The translations under genes were made by a program, and so were the position numbers. Under the pieces are notes generated by a model. That model did not search any database. It was not told the origin of the DNA and worked only from the letters and a program-made list of their open reading frames with translations. From positions 608,001 to 672,000 of the forward strand of contig CAWDXG010000001.1 of the NCBI GenBank assembly GCA_963806225.1: a stretch of 64,000 bases of DNA. The letters are read 5' to 3'. The stretch is from an uncultured delta proteobacterium (GTDB lineage Bacteria; Myxococcota_A; Polyangia; Polyangiales; Polyangiaceae). Every line of letters starts with the position of its first letter. Within the stretch, counting starts at the first letter, position 1. Below, piece after piece: positions 28,886 to 37,327 of the stretch.

Positions 28886-29434
28886 TCAGAGCCCCTGGAA
28901 CGGCTTCGGGGTGTGCGGAAGCGCCAGCCCGTCGGCGCAGGCGGTGCCACTGCCTTTGCCGGTGAGCCACCCGATCAGACAGCGGTCGGCCGCACCGCCG
29001 GTCTTGAGCACGGTTCCGCCCTTGTGGTGCTCGGTGCCGCGAGCCTTGCGCACGATGGTCAGCTCCGTGGGGTCGCCGTGCTGGAACAGTACCTTGCCCA
29101 TGATCTCCGGCTCCAGCGTCAGCACGGAGGTGTAGGTCGCCTGGTATTCCGCGTCGGTGGTGTCGCCGCTCACGCCGGGGACGTCCGCCGGATCAAGCCT
29201 GAGGCCGCGGTAGGAGTAGATGCGCAGGCTGCGCGCAGTGCTGCCGTGGCAGTCGAGCGTGCCGCAGCGCTTGCCGAGCATGTCGGCGACCGTTTTGAAC
29301 GTGGCGGTATCGGGGCCTTTGAACTGCGTGCGGCCGTCCGCCGACGGTCCCGAACACGCCGACGCCGACAGTAGGACCAGTACGCCGCCGACCAGCGCGG
29401 CGCCGAAAGAGTGGAGGAGCGTGTGCGCGTTCAT
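28886..29434 (-). CDS. Lipoprotein, putative c-type cytochrome with CX4CH motif
   Basis: Lipobox ASAC; CGTLDCH; distal HHKGG; ATG at 29434 overlaps the upstream stop. Confidence 0.7.
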   Translation of the reverse strand: MNAHTLLHSFGAALVGGVLVLLSASACSGPSADGRTQFKGPDTATFKTVADMLGKRCGTLDCHGSTARSLRIYSYRGLRLDPADVPGVSGDTTDAEYQATYTSVLTLEPEIMGKVLFQHGDPTELTIVRKARGTEHHKGGTVLKTGGAADRCLIGWLTGKGSGTACADGLALPHTPKPFQGL

Positions 29435-29961
29435 TTGCACCCGCCCGCGGGAAAGTTCATCGGTACGCCCTGGGGCGCGTAGTAGACGTGACCGGCGGAC
29501 GCACGACTCGGTGGATCGTGGTGGCAGTCGGCGCAGGAGCCGTCGCGGAAGATCGGAGAGTTCATCTGCACGGGTTGGCCCGCGTACTGGACCTGTACCC
29601 ACGCGGGCCACACGGGGTCGAACGACCGCTTCTGGATGAAGAAGTTGCCCATGCAGTTCGTGGCGGTGGCGGTCTTGTGGCCGGCCGAATCGAAGACCTG
29701 CACGATGGCACCTTCCAGCGGCTTTCGCGACTTGGAGTCCTGGTAGAGCGTCCCGGCGAACGACATCACCATGCTCGCCGGCCCCGCGTCGCCATGGCAC
29801 ACCAGGCACGGCTGACCCGCCCGGTGCAGCGGTCCGGTCGGGATACCCGGGTCCTCCGGACCCTGCGCGGCTACCTTGTCGGAGTGTACCGGGTCAGGGT
29901 GACACGCGCCGAGCAGCGCGGCTGCGGCCAGCAGTGCAGACAACATGACAGGACGCATCAT
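29431..29961 (-). CDS. Di-heme c-type cytochrome lipoprotein
   Basis: Lipobox LGAC; CLVCH and CADCH flanking a small beta-sandwich; 4-bp overlaps on both sides. Confidence 0.8.
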   Translation of the reverse strand: MMRPVMLSALLAAAALLGACHPDPVHSDKVAAQGPEDPGIPTGPLHRAGQPCLVCHGDAGPASMVMSFAGTLYQDSKSRKPLEGAIVQVFDSAGHKTATATNCMGNFFIQKRSFDPVWPAWVQVQYAGQPVQMNSPIFRDGSCADCHHDPPSRASAGHVYYAPQGVPMNFPAGGCK

Positions 29962-31157
29962 TGGAACGTCGCCTCCAGCTCGAGCGCGCTGAAGCCCGAA
30001 AGGCGGTTCTTGATGAACAGCGCGTCGCGGTAGTTCGTCTCCGCGCCCTCCGCGAGGAACACCAGACCCAGGTCCCGCGGGCGGAGCGACGGCCCGATGT
30101 TCCAGCGGAAGCCCCCGCCGAAGGTCGTCGTGAGCAGCGGCCCGAGCTCGCGATCGCCCGTGCGCAACGCGGGGACGTCGACGAGCCCTCCCGGTCCGAG
30201 CCGCCCGACGTAGGCGCGTTGCCAGAACGACACGGCGCTCTGGACGTCCAGGCGTAGGTGCGGCCACAGGAAGAAGCGCTTGCCGATATCCACGACGAAG
30301 CGCATGTCGGTCGTCGACGCTTTCTGCCCCCAGTCGTCGACGTAGCCGCGCTCGCTGATGATGAAGGTGGACGCGCTGAGCCGCTGCGCCAGTCGGGCGG
30401 TCAGTGCGAAGCGGTTGCGGGACAGCGGCAGGTTCTCGATGACCTTTCCGGGCAGCCTGAGCTGGTTGACGAGATCACCCGTTGCACCCAGCGGCACGCT
30501 GGGCGCCACGTCCCGCGCGAACAGCGGCACGTAGCGGTACGGCTTGCTCTGGTTGCCGCGCTCGAGGATCACGTCCGACACGAAGGTGACCAGCGTGGAT
30601 GGGTCCAGCACCAGCTCCAGAGCGCCGTTGATGGTGTGCGTCGAGTAGACGTGCGAGTAGACGCTGAAGGGCGTCGTCTTTCGGCCCGCCGTGTTGTGCG
30701 TGTAGCTGTACCCGAGCAGCGGGACGACGTTCTTGTCGTCGAGATCGAGCGAGATGTTCCCGCCCGCCGACAGCGACAGGTAGTCGGGCTCCCGCGATAT
30801 CGCTGCCGACACGCCGCCGCCGAACAGATGCGGCTTGAATTTGGCCGACAGGGTTGCGGCGTGCCGCACTTCGGTCCAGTGCGGGCTCGCGGTGGAGACG
30901 ATGTCGACGCTGGCGGCCGAGACGATGTCGACCAGATAGCTGCCGGAGACGGACCACCCGGACAGCGGATCTTCGATGCTGCCTTCGACGCCGGGCGTGA
31001 CGACAGACACGGCGTCCGAGTCGGCGTAGGTCGAGGTTTCCGCCTTGGCGTGGACGATGGTCGTGCCGTGATGGCTGTCGTCCGCGCGCGCGCTTCCGCC
31101 GAGGATCATGACGAGCGCTAGTCCACCGAGGAGCAACCCGAGCTTGTTTGCGCGCAA
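29958..31157 (-). CDS. DUF3570-family outer-membrane beta-barrel protein
   Basis: Signal peptide; VD.VSAASVDIVSTAS, S.EPDY.S, Q..PYR, E.LP..R.R, Y.DDWG, GDRELGP; terminal aromatic residue. Confidence 0.85.
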   Translation of the reverse strand: MRANKLGLLLGGLALVMILGGSARADDSHHGTTIVHAKAETSTYADSDAVSVVTPGVEGSIEDPLSGWSVSGSYLVDIVSAASVDIVSTASPHWTEVRHAATLSAKFKPHLFGGGVSAAISREPDYLSLSAGGNISLDLDDKNVVPLLGYSYTHNTAGRKTTPFSVYSHVYSTHTINGALELVLDPSTLVTFVSDVILERGNQSKPYRYVPLFARDVAPSVPLGATGDLVNQLRLPGKVIENLPLSRNRFALTARLAQRLSASTFIISERGYVDDWGQKASTTDMRFVVDIGKRFFLWPHLRLDVQSAVSFWQRAYVGRLGPGGLVDVPALRTGDRELGPLLTTTFGGGFRWNIGPSLRPRDLGLVFLAEGAETNYRDALFIKNRLSGFSALELEATFQ

Positions 31158-31169
31158 GTGAAGCTCCGC

Positions 31170-31427
31170 CTAGTTGCAGCCGCAACCGCTGGTCGCGCCG
31201 ACGTGTCCCCCCGTGGCTCCTTCGTGCACCGCTTCAACGTGTTCCTGTCCCACGCTCGCGGCGTAGGCTGGATCCATGCTGGGATGCGCGAGCCGGCCAC
31301 GCTGGTAGGCGTGGACATCCGCGCAACCTGCAAGCAGCGCCGTGCAGAGCACGGCGAGAAGACAAGCGACGACCACCCCGCGGGTACCGCGCGTCGCTCG
31401 GTGCAACGAATCGAAAGAGGTCTTCAT
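31170..31427 (-). CDS. DUF4266-family small lipoprotein
   Basis: LAGC.DV..YQRGRLA...M...H....EG..GG.....GCGCN-stop; directly upstream of the DUF3570 gene. Confidence 0.88.
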   Translation of the reverse strand: MKTSFDSLHRATRGTRGVVVACLLAVLCTALLAGCADVHAYQRGRLAHPSMDPAYAASVGQEHVEAVHEGATGGHVGATSGCGCN

Positions 31428-31524
31428 GGGGGGGCTTTGCGTTGACGGGCGGTCGACTGCGTGGAAGTCTATTGGCGTCGGTGCAGCCGTCAACACGACT
31501 GTCTCGACCTGAAGGAGAATCGCC

Positions 31525-32307
31525 ATGGGACGGCACTTCCATGCTTGTGGAATTTTCCTGGCTGCCGGTATCGTCGCAGCCTGTGGATCAGTTTCGGGTA
31601 ACGACCCGTCGTTCTGGCAACCCAGTCACAACCTGGGCGGCCCCGGCGCGGGCGGTACCGGTGCCACTACTGGGTTCGGCGGATCGACTAGCGGTGGGAC
31701 CGGCGCGGGCACGGGCACGGGCGGCTCCAGCAGCGGTGGCTCTTCCAGCAGCGGTGGTTCCTCCAGTGGTGGTTCCTCCAGCGGTGGCTCCTCCAGCAGC
31801 GGTGGTTCCTCCAGCGGTGGCTCCTCCAGTGGTGGCTCCTCCAGCAGCGGCGGCAGCGGAGGGGGCGGCCCGACGATGTGCCAGTTCAGTTTCGATGTGA
31901 CGACCCACTCCTACAACGGCAGGTTCTCACCGCGGAACGTCGAGGCGACCTGGATCGAGGGCCCGCAGAACCAGTTCATCAAGACGTTGGAGGTGCACGC
32001 GTTCTTCCGGGCTGTCCACCTGGTCAACTGGAACCAGTCTTCCAACGGAAACAGGGTCGACGCCGTCTCCAGCGCCACGCTGTCGCAGCCCCAGGCCCAC
32101 CACGTAGTCTGGAACTGCACCGATACTTCGGAAAAGCCCGTGCAGCCCGGCACCTACCACGTGTACTTCGAGTTCACCGAGGACGATTCGGCGTCTGGTC
32201 CCCCCCCGCCGAAGGTCGGGCACGTGGATTTCCAGGTCGGGAAGCCGCAGAACCTGAGCCCGCCGGATCAGCAGTACTTCACGAACATGCACCTGACGAT
32301 CAAGTAG
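31525..32307 (+). CDS. DUF2271-family lipoprotein (predicted flavinylation substrate) with Gly/Ser linker
   Basis: AAGGAG RBS; lipobox VAAC; ATWIE...FIKTL...W...VDAVSSAT...WNCTD......GTY....E. Confidence 0.8.
   Translation: MGRHFHACGIFLAAGIVAACGSVSGNDPSFWQPSHNLGGPGAGGTGATTGFGGSTSGGTGAGTGTGGSSSGGSSSSGGSSSGGSSSGGSSSSGGSSSGGSSSGGSSSSGGSGGGGPTMCQFSFDVTTHSYNGRFSPRNVEATWIEGPQNQFIKTLEVHAFFRAVHLVNWNQSSNGNRVDAVSSATLSQPQAHHVVWNCTDTSEKPVQPGTYHVYFEFTEDDSASGPPPPKVGHVDFQVGKPQNLSPPDQQYFTNMHLTIK
31720..31860 (+). repeat. Coding 15/18-bp repeat (GGSSS)n
   Basis: Repeated ggtggytcctccagc units. Confidence 0.9.
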
Positions 32308-32428
32308 TCGCGGAGTCTCCGCGGCGACGGTCCGCTGTCCGCAATCCGGTGCAAGACCCTGAAATTATTGCATAGGCCGATCGCAACACTCCACAGCTTG
32401 CCTGCGGAAACTACCGGCAAATCCCCAA

Positions 32429-32445
32429 TTGGCACGCAGCGTGCT
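32429..32445 (+). promoter_or_regulatory. Sigma54 (-24/-12) promoter of the PilZ gene
   Basis: TTGGCACGCAGCGTGCT: GG at 32431-32, GC at 32443-44, spacing N10; AT-rich upstream region. Confidence 0.75.
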
Positions 32446-32456
32446 TTGTGCAGGGC

Positions 32457-32810
32457 ATGCCCCCTCTGCCCGCTTTCGGGCACGCTGTCGACGCGGGTGC
32501 GACCTGGCCCGGTGTCGAGCGCCGAGCGCATCGGCGGGTTCTTCTCGGCACGTCGCTGAAAGCACAAGGCGCTGGGACGCTGCTGGTTGGCAGGTGCCGG
32601 AACATTTCGATGGGTGGGCTGGCGGCCAGCATCGAGGGACCGCTGGCCGTCGGAGCCGCGCTTTCGCTTGTCGTGGAGCTACCCGACGGTCCGGCGATCG
32701 AGATGAGCGGCGAGGTGGTCCGCGTTGATCGTGGCAACGTCGGCGTGCGCTTCGTCGCATTGGCCCAACCCGCGCTGTTCGCGATTCTCTCGTACGTCGG
32801 CAACCACTGA
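32457..32810 (+). CDS. Stand-alone PilZ domain protein
   Basis: ERRAHRR (RxxxR), NISMGG (D/NxSxxG), GEVVR...GVRF. Confidence 0.88.
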   Translation: MPPLPAFGHAVDAGATWPGVERRAHRRVLLGTSLKAQGAGTLLVGRCRNISMGGLAASIEGPLAVGAALSLVVELPDGPAIEMSGEVVRVDRGNVGVRFVALAQPALFAILSYVGNH

Positions 32811-32870
32811 GCCCGGCGCGCCGGCAACATGCGGCAAAGTCCGCGGTCGCGCGAAGAGGCCGCGTTGAAG

Positions 32871-34418
32871 CTACCGGATTCTGGTCATGCGCCCGCGCCA
32901 GAAGGGCTCGCGGAGCTTGCGCTTGAAGATCTTTCCCGAGGGCTCGCGCGGCAGCTCCGCTACGAACTCGATCGATCGCGGCAGCTTGTAGCGCGCGACT
33001 TTGTCGGAGAGATGAGCCGATAGCGCCGCTTCCGACGCCTCGGCAGCCTGCTCGAGCTCCACAACTGCGTGCAGGCGCTCACCCCATTCATCATCCGGTA
33101 TGCCGAACACGGCGCAGTCCCGCACGGCGGGATGGGTCATGAGTGCCGCCTCGATCTCCGCCGGATAGATGTTCACGCCGCCCGAGATGACCAGATCCGC
33201 GCGCCGGTCGACGAGATACAGATAGCCTTCGTCGTCGAGGTAGCCCATGTCGCCCGTGGCGAAGAGCTCGCCACGCGTTGCTTCCGTGAGCTTGCCGGAG
33301 GCGCCGTGGTAGTCGAAGCCGCGGCTCGCGTCCGAGCCCACGCAGACGTTGCCGACGCGCCCCGGGCCGAGCTCGCGGCCTTCTTCGTCGAGGATGCGGA
33401 CGAGCACGCCCGCGATGGCCCGACCGACGCTGCCGGGTCGAACGAGTGCTTCCGGCGCGCTGATGTACGTGCAGATGCCGGCCTCCGTGGAGCCGAAGTA
33501 CTCGTCCACGATCGGGCCCCACCAGTCGATCATCGCGCGCTTGGTCTCCTCGGGGCACGGGGCTGCGGCGTGCTGCACGGCGCGGAGCGAGTCGAGGCGG
33601 TAGCGACGGCGCGACGCCTCGGGCAGCGAGAGCAAACGGCGCATCATCGTGGGGACCAGGTGCACGTGCGTGACGCGATACGCGTCGATGGCGCGCAGTA
33701 CGGCTTCGGGATCGAAGCGTGGCAGGATCACCACGCGCCCGCCGAGCAGCAGACTGATGCGCGCGAAGGTGCTCGGCGCGGAGTGATAGAGCGGCCCGGT
33801 CACGAGATGGACCGGCTCCTCGCCGAGCTTGCAGACGTCGCGGAAGGTCTGCACGAAGCGGAGCGCGCGTTCCGGCGAGGCGGGGCCGCGCATCACGCCT
33901 TTCGGACGCCCTGTCGTGCCCGAGGTGTAGATCACCACGCCGGGTGCGGGACGCGCCTGTGCTTCGAACGGTTTCGCAGCAGCCAGTGCTGCCTGGTAGT
34001 CGGCGAAGTCGTCGAGCGTGCCGCCGACGAGCAGTCGGCGGCCGTCGAGGGCTTCGAGCCCGCGGGCCGCAGGGGCAATCCGCCCGGCGTGACCCATCGA
34101 GGTGACGAATGCACGAGCGGCGCTGTCCTCCAGCACGTAGCGCGCCTCCTCGGAAGACGCGTGGTAGTTGATGGGAACCGGAAAGGCTCCGAGGAGCTGA
34201 CATGCCACGCCGATTTCGAACACGGCGATGCAGTTGTCCAGCAGGTAGGCGACCCGGTCGCGCGCGCACACGCCGGCCGCATCCAACCATCCCGCGAGCC
34301 GTCTGCCACGCTCGCGGAGCTCTCCAGCCCCCAGGGTGCGCTCGCCGTCCGGCGCGAGCTCCAGCAGTACCCAGTCCCCGTCCTTCACCGGCGTCGATGG
34401 AGCCGTGGCGACGCACAC
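32871..34418 (-). CDS. Acyl-CoA synthetase (AMP-binding)
   Basis: YTSGTTGRPKGV, EYFGSTE, TGDMG, DR..D..ISGG.NIYPAEIE, SGKI.KR. Confidence 0.93.
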   Translation of the reverse strand: MCVATAPSTPVKDGDWVLLELAPDGERTLGAGELRERGRRLAGWLDAAGVCARDRVAYLLDNCIAVFEIGVACQLLGAFPVPINYHASSEEARYVLEDSAARAFVTSMGHAGRIAPAARGLEALDGRRLLVGGTLDDFADYQAALAAAKPFEAQARPAPGVVIYTSGTTGRPKGVMRGPASPERALRFVQTFRDVCKLGEEPVHLVTGPLYHSAPSTFARISLLLGGRVVILPRFDPEAVLRAIDAYRVTHVHLVPTMMRRLLSLPEASRRRYRLDSLRAVQHAAAPCPEETKRAMIDWWGPIVDEYFGSTEAGICTYISAPEALVRPGSVGRAIAGVLVRILDEEGRELGPGRVGNVCVGSDASRGFDYHGASGKLTEATRGELFATGDMGYLDDEGYLYLVDRRADLVISGGVNIYPAEIEAALMTHPAVRDCAVFGIPDDEWGERLHAVVELEQAAEASEAALSAHLSDKVARYKLPRSIEFVAELPREPSGKIFKRKLREPFWRGRMTRIR

Positions 34419-34421
34419 TCG

Positions 34422-35015
34422 TCAAGCACGCCGGAACACCAGGACGTGGTTGTTCGCAGGCATGTCGACGACGCATTGGCGTGACAGCCCGACTTGTCCG
34501 CCCAGCGCGTCGAGATCCTGTACGTCGCGCACGCCCCAGCGAGGATCCCGGCTCTTCAGGGACGCGTCGAAGGCCTCGTTGCTCGGCGCGGTGAACTGCC
34601 CGTCGAAACGGAACGGCCCGTACAGGATGAGTGGCGCACCTTCCGGCAGCAGGCGCGCCGCTCCCGCGAAGAGGCCTTGTGCCGACGCCCAGGGCGAGAT
34701 GTGCACCATGTTGATGCTCACCACGGCATCGGCGCGCTCCACCGGCCACTTCGGGTGCTGGGCGTCCAGCTCGACGGGAGCACGGAGGTTGTCGAGCGCT
34801 GCTTCGGACCGATACGCCTCGATGCTGGCCAGCGCGGTCGGATCGACATCGCTCGGCTGCCACTCGATTCCGGGCAGAGACGCTGCGAAATGGACGGCGT
34901 GTTGGCCCGTGCCGCTGGCGATCTCGAGCACGACGCCCCGCTCTGGCAGCTCGCGACCGAGCACGTCCAGGATGGCATCGCGGTTCCGCTCCGCAGCCGG
35001 CGCGTGGCGCTTCAT
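34422..35015 (-). CDS. DUF938 SAM-dependent methyltransferase (METTL26-like)
   Basis: APAAERNR..IL, LEIASGTGQH, WQPSD, YGPF, MPANN. Confidence 0.92.
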   Translation of the reverse strand: MKRHAPAAERNRDAILDVLGRELPERGVVLEIASGTGQHAVHFAASLPGIEWQPSDVDPTALASIEAYRSEAALDNLRAPVELDAQHPKWPVERADAVVSINMVHISPWASAQGLFAGAARLLPEGAPLILYGPFRFDGQFTAPSNEAFDASLKSRDPRWGVRDVQDLDALGGQVGLSRQCVVDMPANNHVLVFRRA

Positions 35016-35797
35016 CGCTGCACCCCCACGTGCGCTCCGCTCGTTTGTTCGAGCTCCGAAGCGATCAGCGGCAGCGCCTCTCCGGCTCGTGCGCGCAGCG
35101 GGAAATCGAGCCCGAGCGGGGTGGGTTCGGGGTTGACCTCGACCGTAAGGCGGCCCGCGCGCTTTGCGGCCAGTGCCGGCGCCGCGATGTAGTCGAACAG
35201 TGCCGTCGTGCCGGCGACGATCACCAGGTCCGGCGGCTCCCGGCCGAGCTCGCGTTCTATCCGCCGGATCTTCTCTTCCGGCAAGAGCTCGCCGAACAGG
35301 ACCGCGTCCGGCCGTCGCACTCCGCCGCAGACCGCGCAGCGAGGCGCGGCGTCTAGATCGGCCAGAGCGTCGAGGTGGGCCCGATCGCCGCAACTCATGC
35401 ACAGCGTCTCGCTGACCGTGCCGTGGATGTCGATCACGTTCCGGCTGCCCGCAAGCTGGTGCAACCCGTCCACGTTCTGGGTGAGGAGAACGAACCGCGC
35501 GGCAATGCGCTCCATCCGCGCGATGGCATGGTGGGCCGGATTCGGCGCGGCGCTCCGGGCCATGCGCGCGATCTTCGCGATGGCGCGCCACGTGCGGTCC
35601 GGATCGCTCCGGAGCGTGTGACCCGAAAGTGCCTCGATAGTGCGCTCTCCCTCGTCGGGGTCGTCGTAGATGCCTCCGCGGCCGCGGTAGGTCTGGATGC
35701 CCGATTCGGCCGAAACGCCGGCGCCCGTGATCACCCCGACCGAACGCACGCGCGCGAGCCGCTCACGGAGGCGCGGAGGGAGCTCGAAACCGGACAT
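35012..35797 (-). CDS. cobB: NAD-dependent protein deacylase (sirtuin)
   Basis: TGAGVSAESGI.T.RG, TQNVDGLH..AG, HG, two CxxC, RP..VLFGE. Confidence 0.9.
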   Translation of the reverse strand: MSGFELPPRLRERLARVRSVGVITGAGVSAESGIQTYRGRGGIYDDPDEGERTIEALSGHTLRSDPDRTWRAIAKIARMARSAAPNPAHHAIARMERIAARFVLLTQNVDGLHQLAGSRNVIDIHGTVSETLCMSCGDRAHLDALADLDAAPRCAVCGGVRRPDAVLFGELLPEEKIRRIERELGREPPDLVIVAGTTALFDYIAAPALAAKRAGRLTVEVNPEPTPLGLDFPLRARAGEALPLIASELEQTSGAHVGVQR

Positions 35798-35862
35798 CAC
35801 CCGGAGTCTAGCAAGCGCCACCGGCGGCGCCGGCCACGCCGAAGGGGGCGCGGCAATCCCCA

Positions 35863-35916
35863 GAAAAAGAGGTCAGCGGCCCTGGGAGAGGGGGGCATAC
35901 CCAGAGCCGCTGACCT
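35863..35916 (-). terminator. Intrinsic terminator (3' stem-loop of the sRNA)
   Basis: AGGUCAGCGGCUCUGGG-loop-CCCAGGGCCGCUGACCU followed by CUUUUUCU. Confidence 0.85.
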
Positions 35917-35983
35917 GAGAGGGAGGCGCCCGGCCCGCGGTGGCGGGGGAGGGGGAGGGGGAAACACCACGAGCGGCGCCTGT
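35863..35983 (-). ncRNA. Candidate sigma54-dependent small RNA with C-rich loops (Pxr-like architecture)
   Basis: Two stem-loops (7+10 bp; 17 bp) with three G-U pairs on the minus strand only, C-rich loops, U-tract; the predicted sigma54 +1 sits at the base of stem 1. Confidence 0.75.
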
Positions 35984-35993
35984 CCGGGTGCAT

Positions 35994-36010
35994 TGCACGC
36001 CCTGTGCCAG
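35994..36010 (-). promoter_or_regulatory. Sigma54 (-24/-12) promoter
   Basis: Minus strand CTGGCACAGGGCGTGCA: GG at 36008-07, GC at 35996-95, spacing N10. Confidence 0.75.
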
Positions 36011-36123
36011 CCCGGGTGCCACAACCGCCGTGCACTTGCGGCGCAGCAAGACCCGGAACCCTTCCAGATCTGACGATAGGATTCCACCAGCGAAATGCCG
36101 GTCCGGGAGCCAAGGCCCGCGGC

Positions 36124-37236
36124 CTACTCGGGCTGGACCGGGAAGCCCTTGAGCGGACCGAGCTGGTCGCGGTCGCGGTAGAACGTCGGCTCGCTCTGCA
36201 TGTACACGGCGAGGAGCTCGGCGAGCGACGAGAGCCCCTCGCGATGGGTGCGCTCGTAGCCGTGGGAGGCGTCGGCTCCGAAGCAGACGAGGGCCGTGCG
36301 CAGATCGTTGCCGGCCTCGAGCGCCGAGGCGGCATCGCAGCGGTAGTACTTGAACACATCGCGCTGGTGTTCGATGCCGAACTGCCGGCACAGGGCCAAG
36401 AGCTTGTGCGACAGGTGGTAGTCGAATGGCCCCGTCGAATCGCCCATCGCGATCGTGACGCCGCGCTCGCGCGAGTTCTGCCCGGGTGCGGGCGTTGCAT
36501 TGTCGACGGCGACCATTTCCGTCACGTCGCCGTGCAGGATGGCTGACGCGCCGGAGCCGACCTCTTCCGAGATCGTGAACAGGAGGTGGCAATCCACGGG
36601 GACGGGAGCGCCGCTGCTGACCACCGCCCTGGCCGCCGCCAGCATCGCCGCAACGCCCGCCTTGTTGTCGAGGTGCCGCGAGTTGATGAAGCCGTTTTCC
36701 GTCACTTCCGGACGAGGATCGAGCGCGATGAAATCGCCAATCGCGAAACCCACGTGCGCCAGCTCCTCCGCCGTGCGGCAGAAATCGTCGGTGCGCACTT
36801 CGACGTTGTCCCAGCTCACCGGCTGCGTATCGACTTCCTCGTTGAAGGTGTGCCCCGAGGCTTTGAGCGGAAGGATCGTTCCGCGGCGGGAACCGTGATT
36901 GTCGGTGAAGATCGTGACGCGACCGCCTTCGGCGAAGCGGCTGGACCAGTGGCCGATGGGGACGATCTCGAGGCGGCCGTTCTGCTTGAGGTTCTTCACC
37001 ATGGCGCCGAGCGTGTCGAGATGGCTGACGATCGCCCGGCTCGGGTTGGATTGGCGCCCCTTGATGTACGCACGCATGGCACCGCGGCGCGTGAGCTCGA
37101 ACGAGATGCCGAGCTTCTGCAGTTCCTCGCCGACGTGATGAACGATGCGATCGGTGTACCCGCTCGGGCTGGGTATCTCGAGCAGGCCGAGCAGCGTGTC
37201 GACGAGGTACTCCCCGTCGATCAGCAGCCGCTTCAT
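36124..37236 (-). CDS. Osmoprotectant NAGGN system M42 family peptidase
   Basis: PSPSGYT, HLDTLGA, SRHLDNKAG, SEEVGSG, SHGYERTH; third gene of the operon. Confidence 0.92.
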   Translation of the reverse strand: MKRLLIDGEYLVDTLLGLLEIPSPSGYTDRIVHHVGEELQKLGISFELTRRGAMRAYIKGRQSNPSRAIVSHLDTLGAMVKNLKQNGRLEIVPIGHWSSRFAEGGRVTIFTDNHGSRRGTILPLKASGHTFNEEVDTQPVSWDNVEVRTDDFCRTAEELAHVGFAIGDFIALDPRPEVTENGFINSRHLDNKAGVAAMLAAARAVVSSGAPVPVDCHLLFTISEEVGSGASAILHGDVTEMVAVDNATPAPGQNSRERGVTIAMGDSTGPFDYHLSHKLLALCRQFGIEHQRDVFKYYRCDAASALEAGNDLRTALVCFGADASHGYERTHREGLSSLAELLAVYMQSEPTFYRDRDQLGPLKGFPVQPE

Positions 37237-37327
37237 CGGCTTCTCGGTGGTGCCCTGCTGGTTCTTCTCGGTTCGCGCTTCGGGGGCGCGTTGTCTGCGA
37301 TACTTTTCGAGATCGGTTGGCATACGT

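Noticed and set aside
31472..31488. TTGGCGTCGGTGCAGC GG-N10-GC upstream of the DUF2271 gene
   Set aside because: Spacing fits but flanking consensus is poor; expected by chance at ~70% GC.
35863..35983. Calling the sRNA Pxr outright
   Set aside because: Only the architecture matches; only two stem-loops are evident, there is no adjacent NtrC-type two-component pair, and I cannot verify sequence homology.
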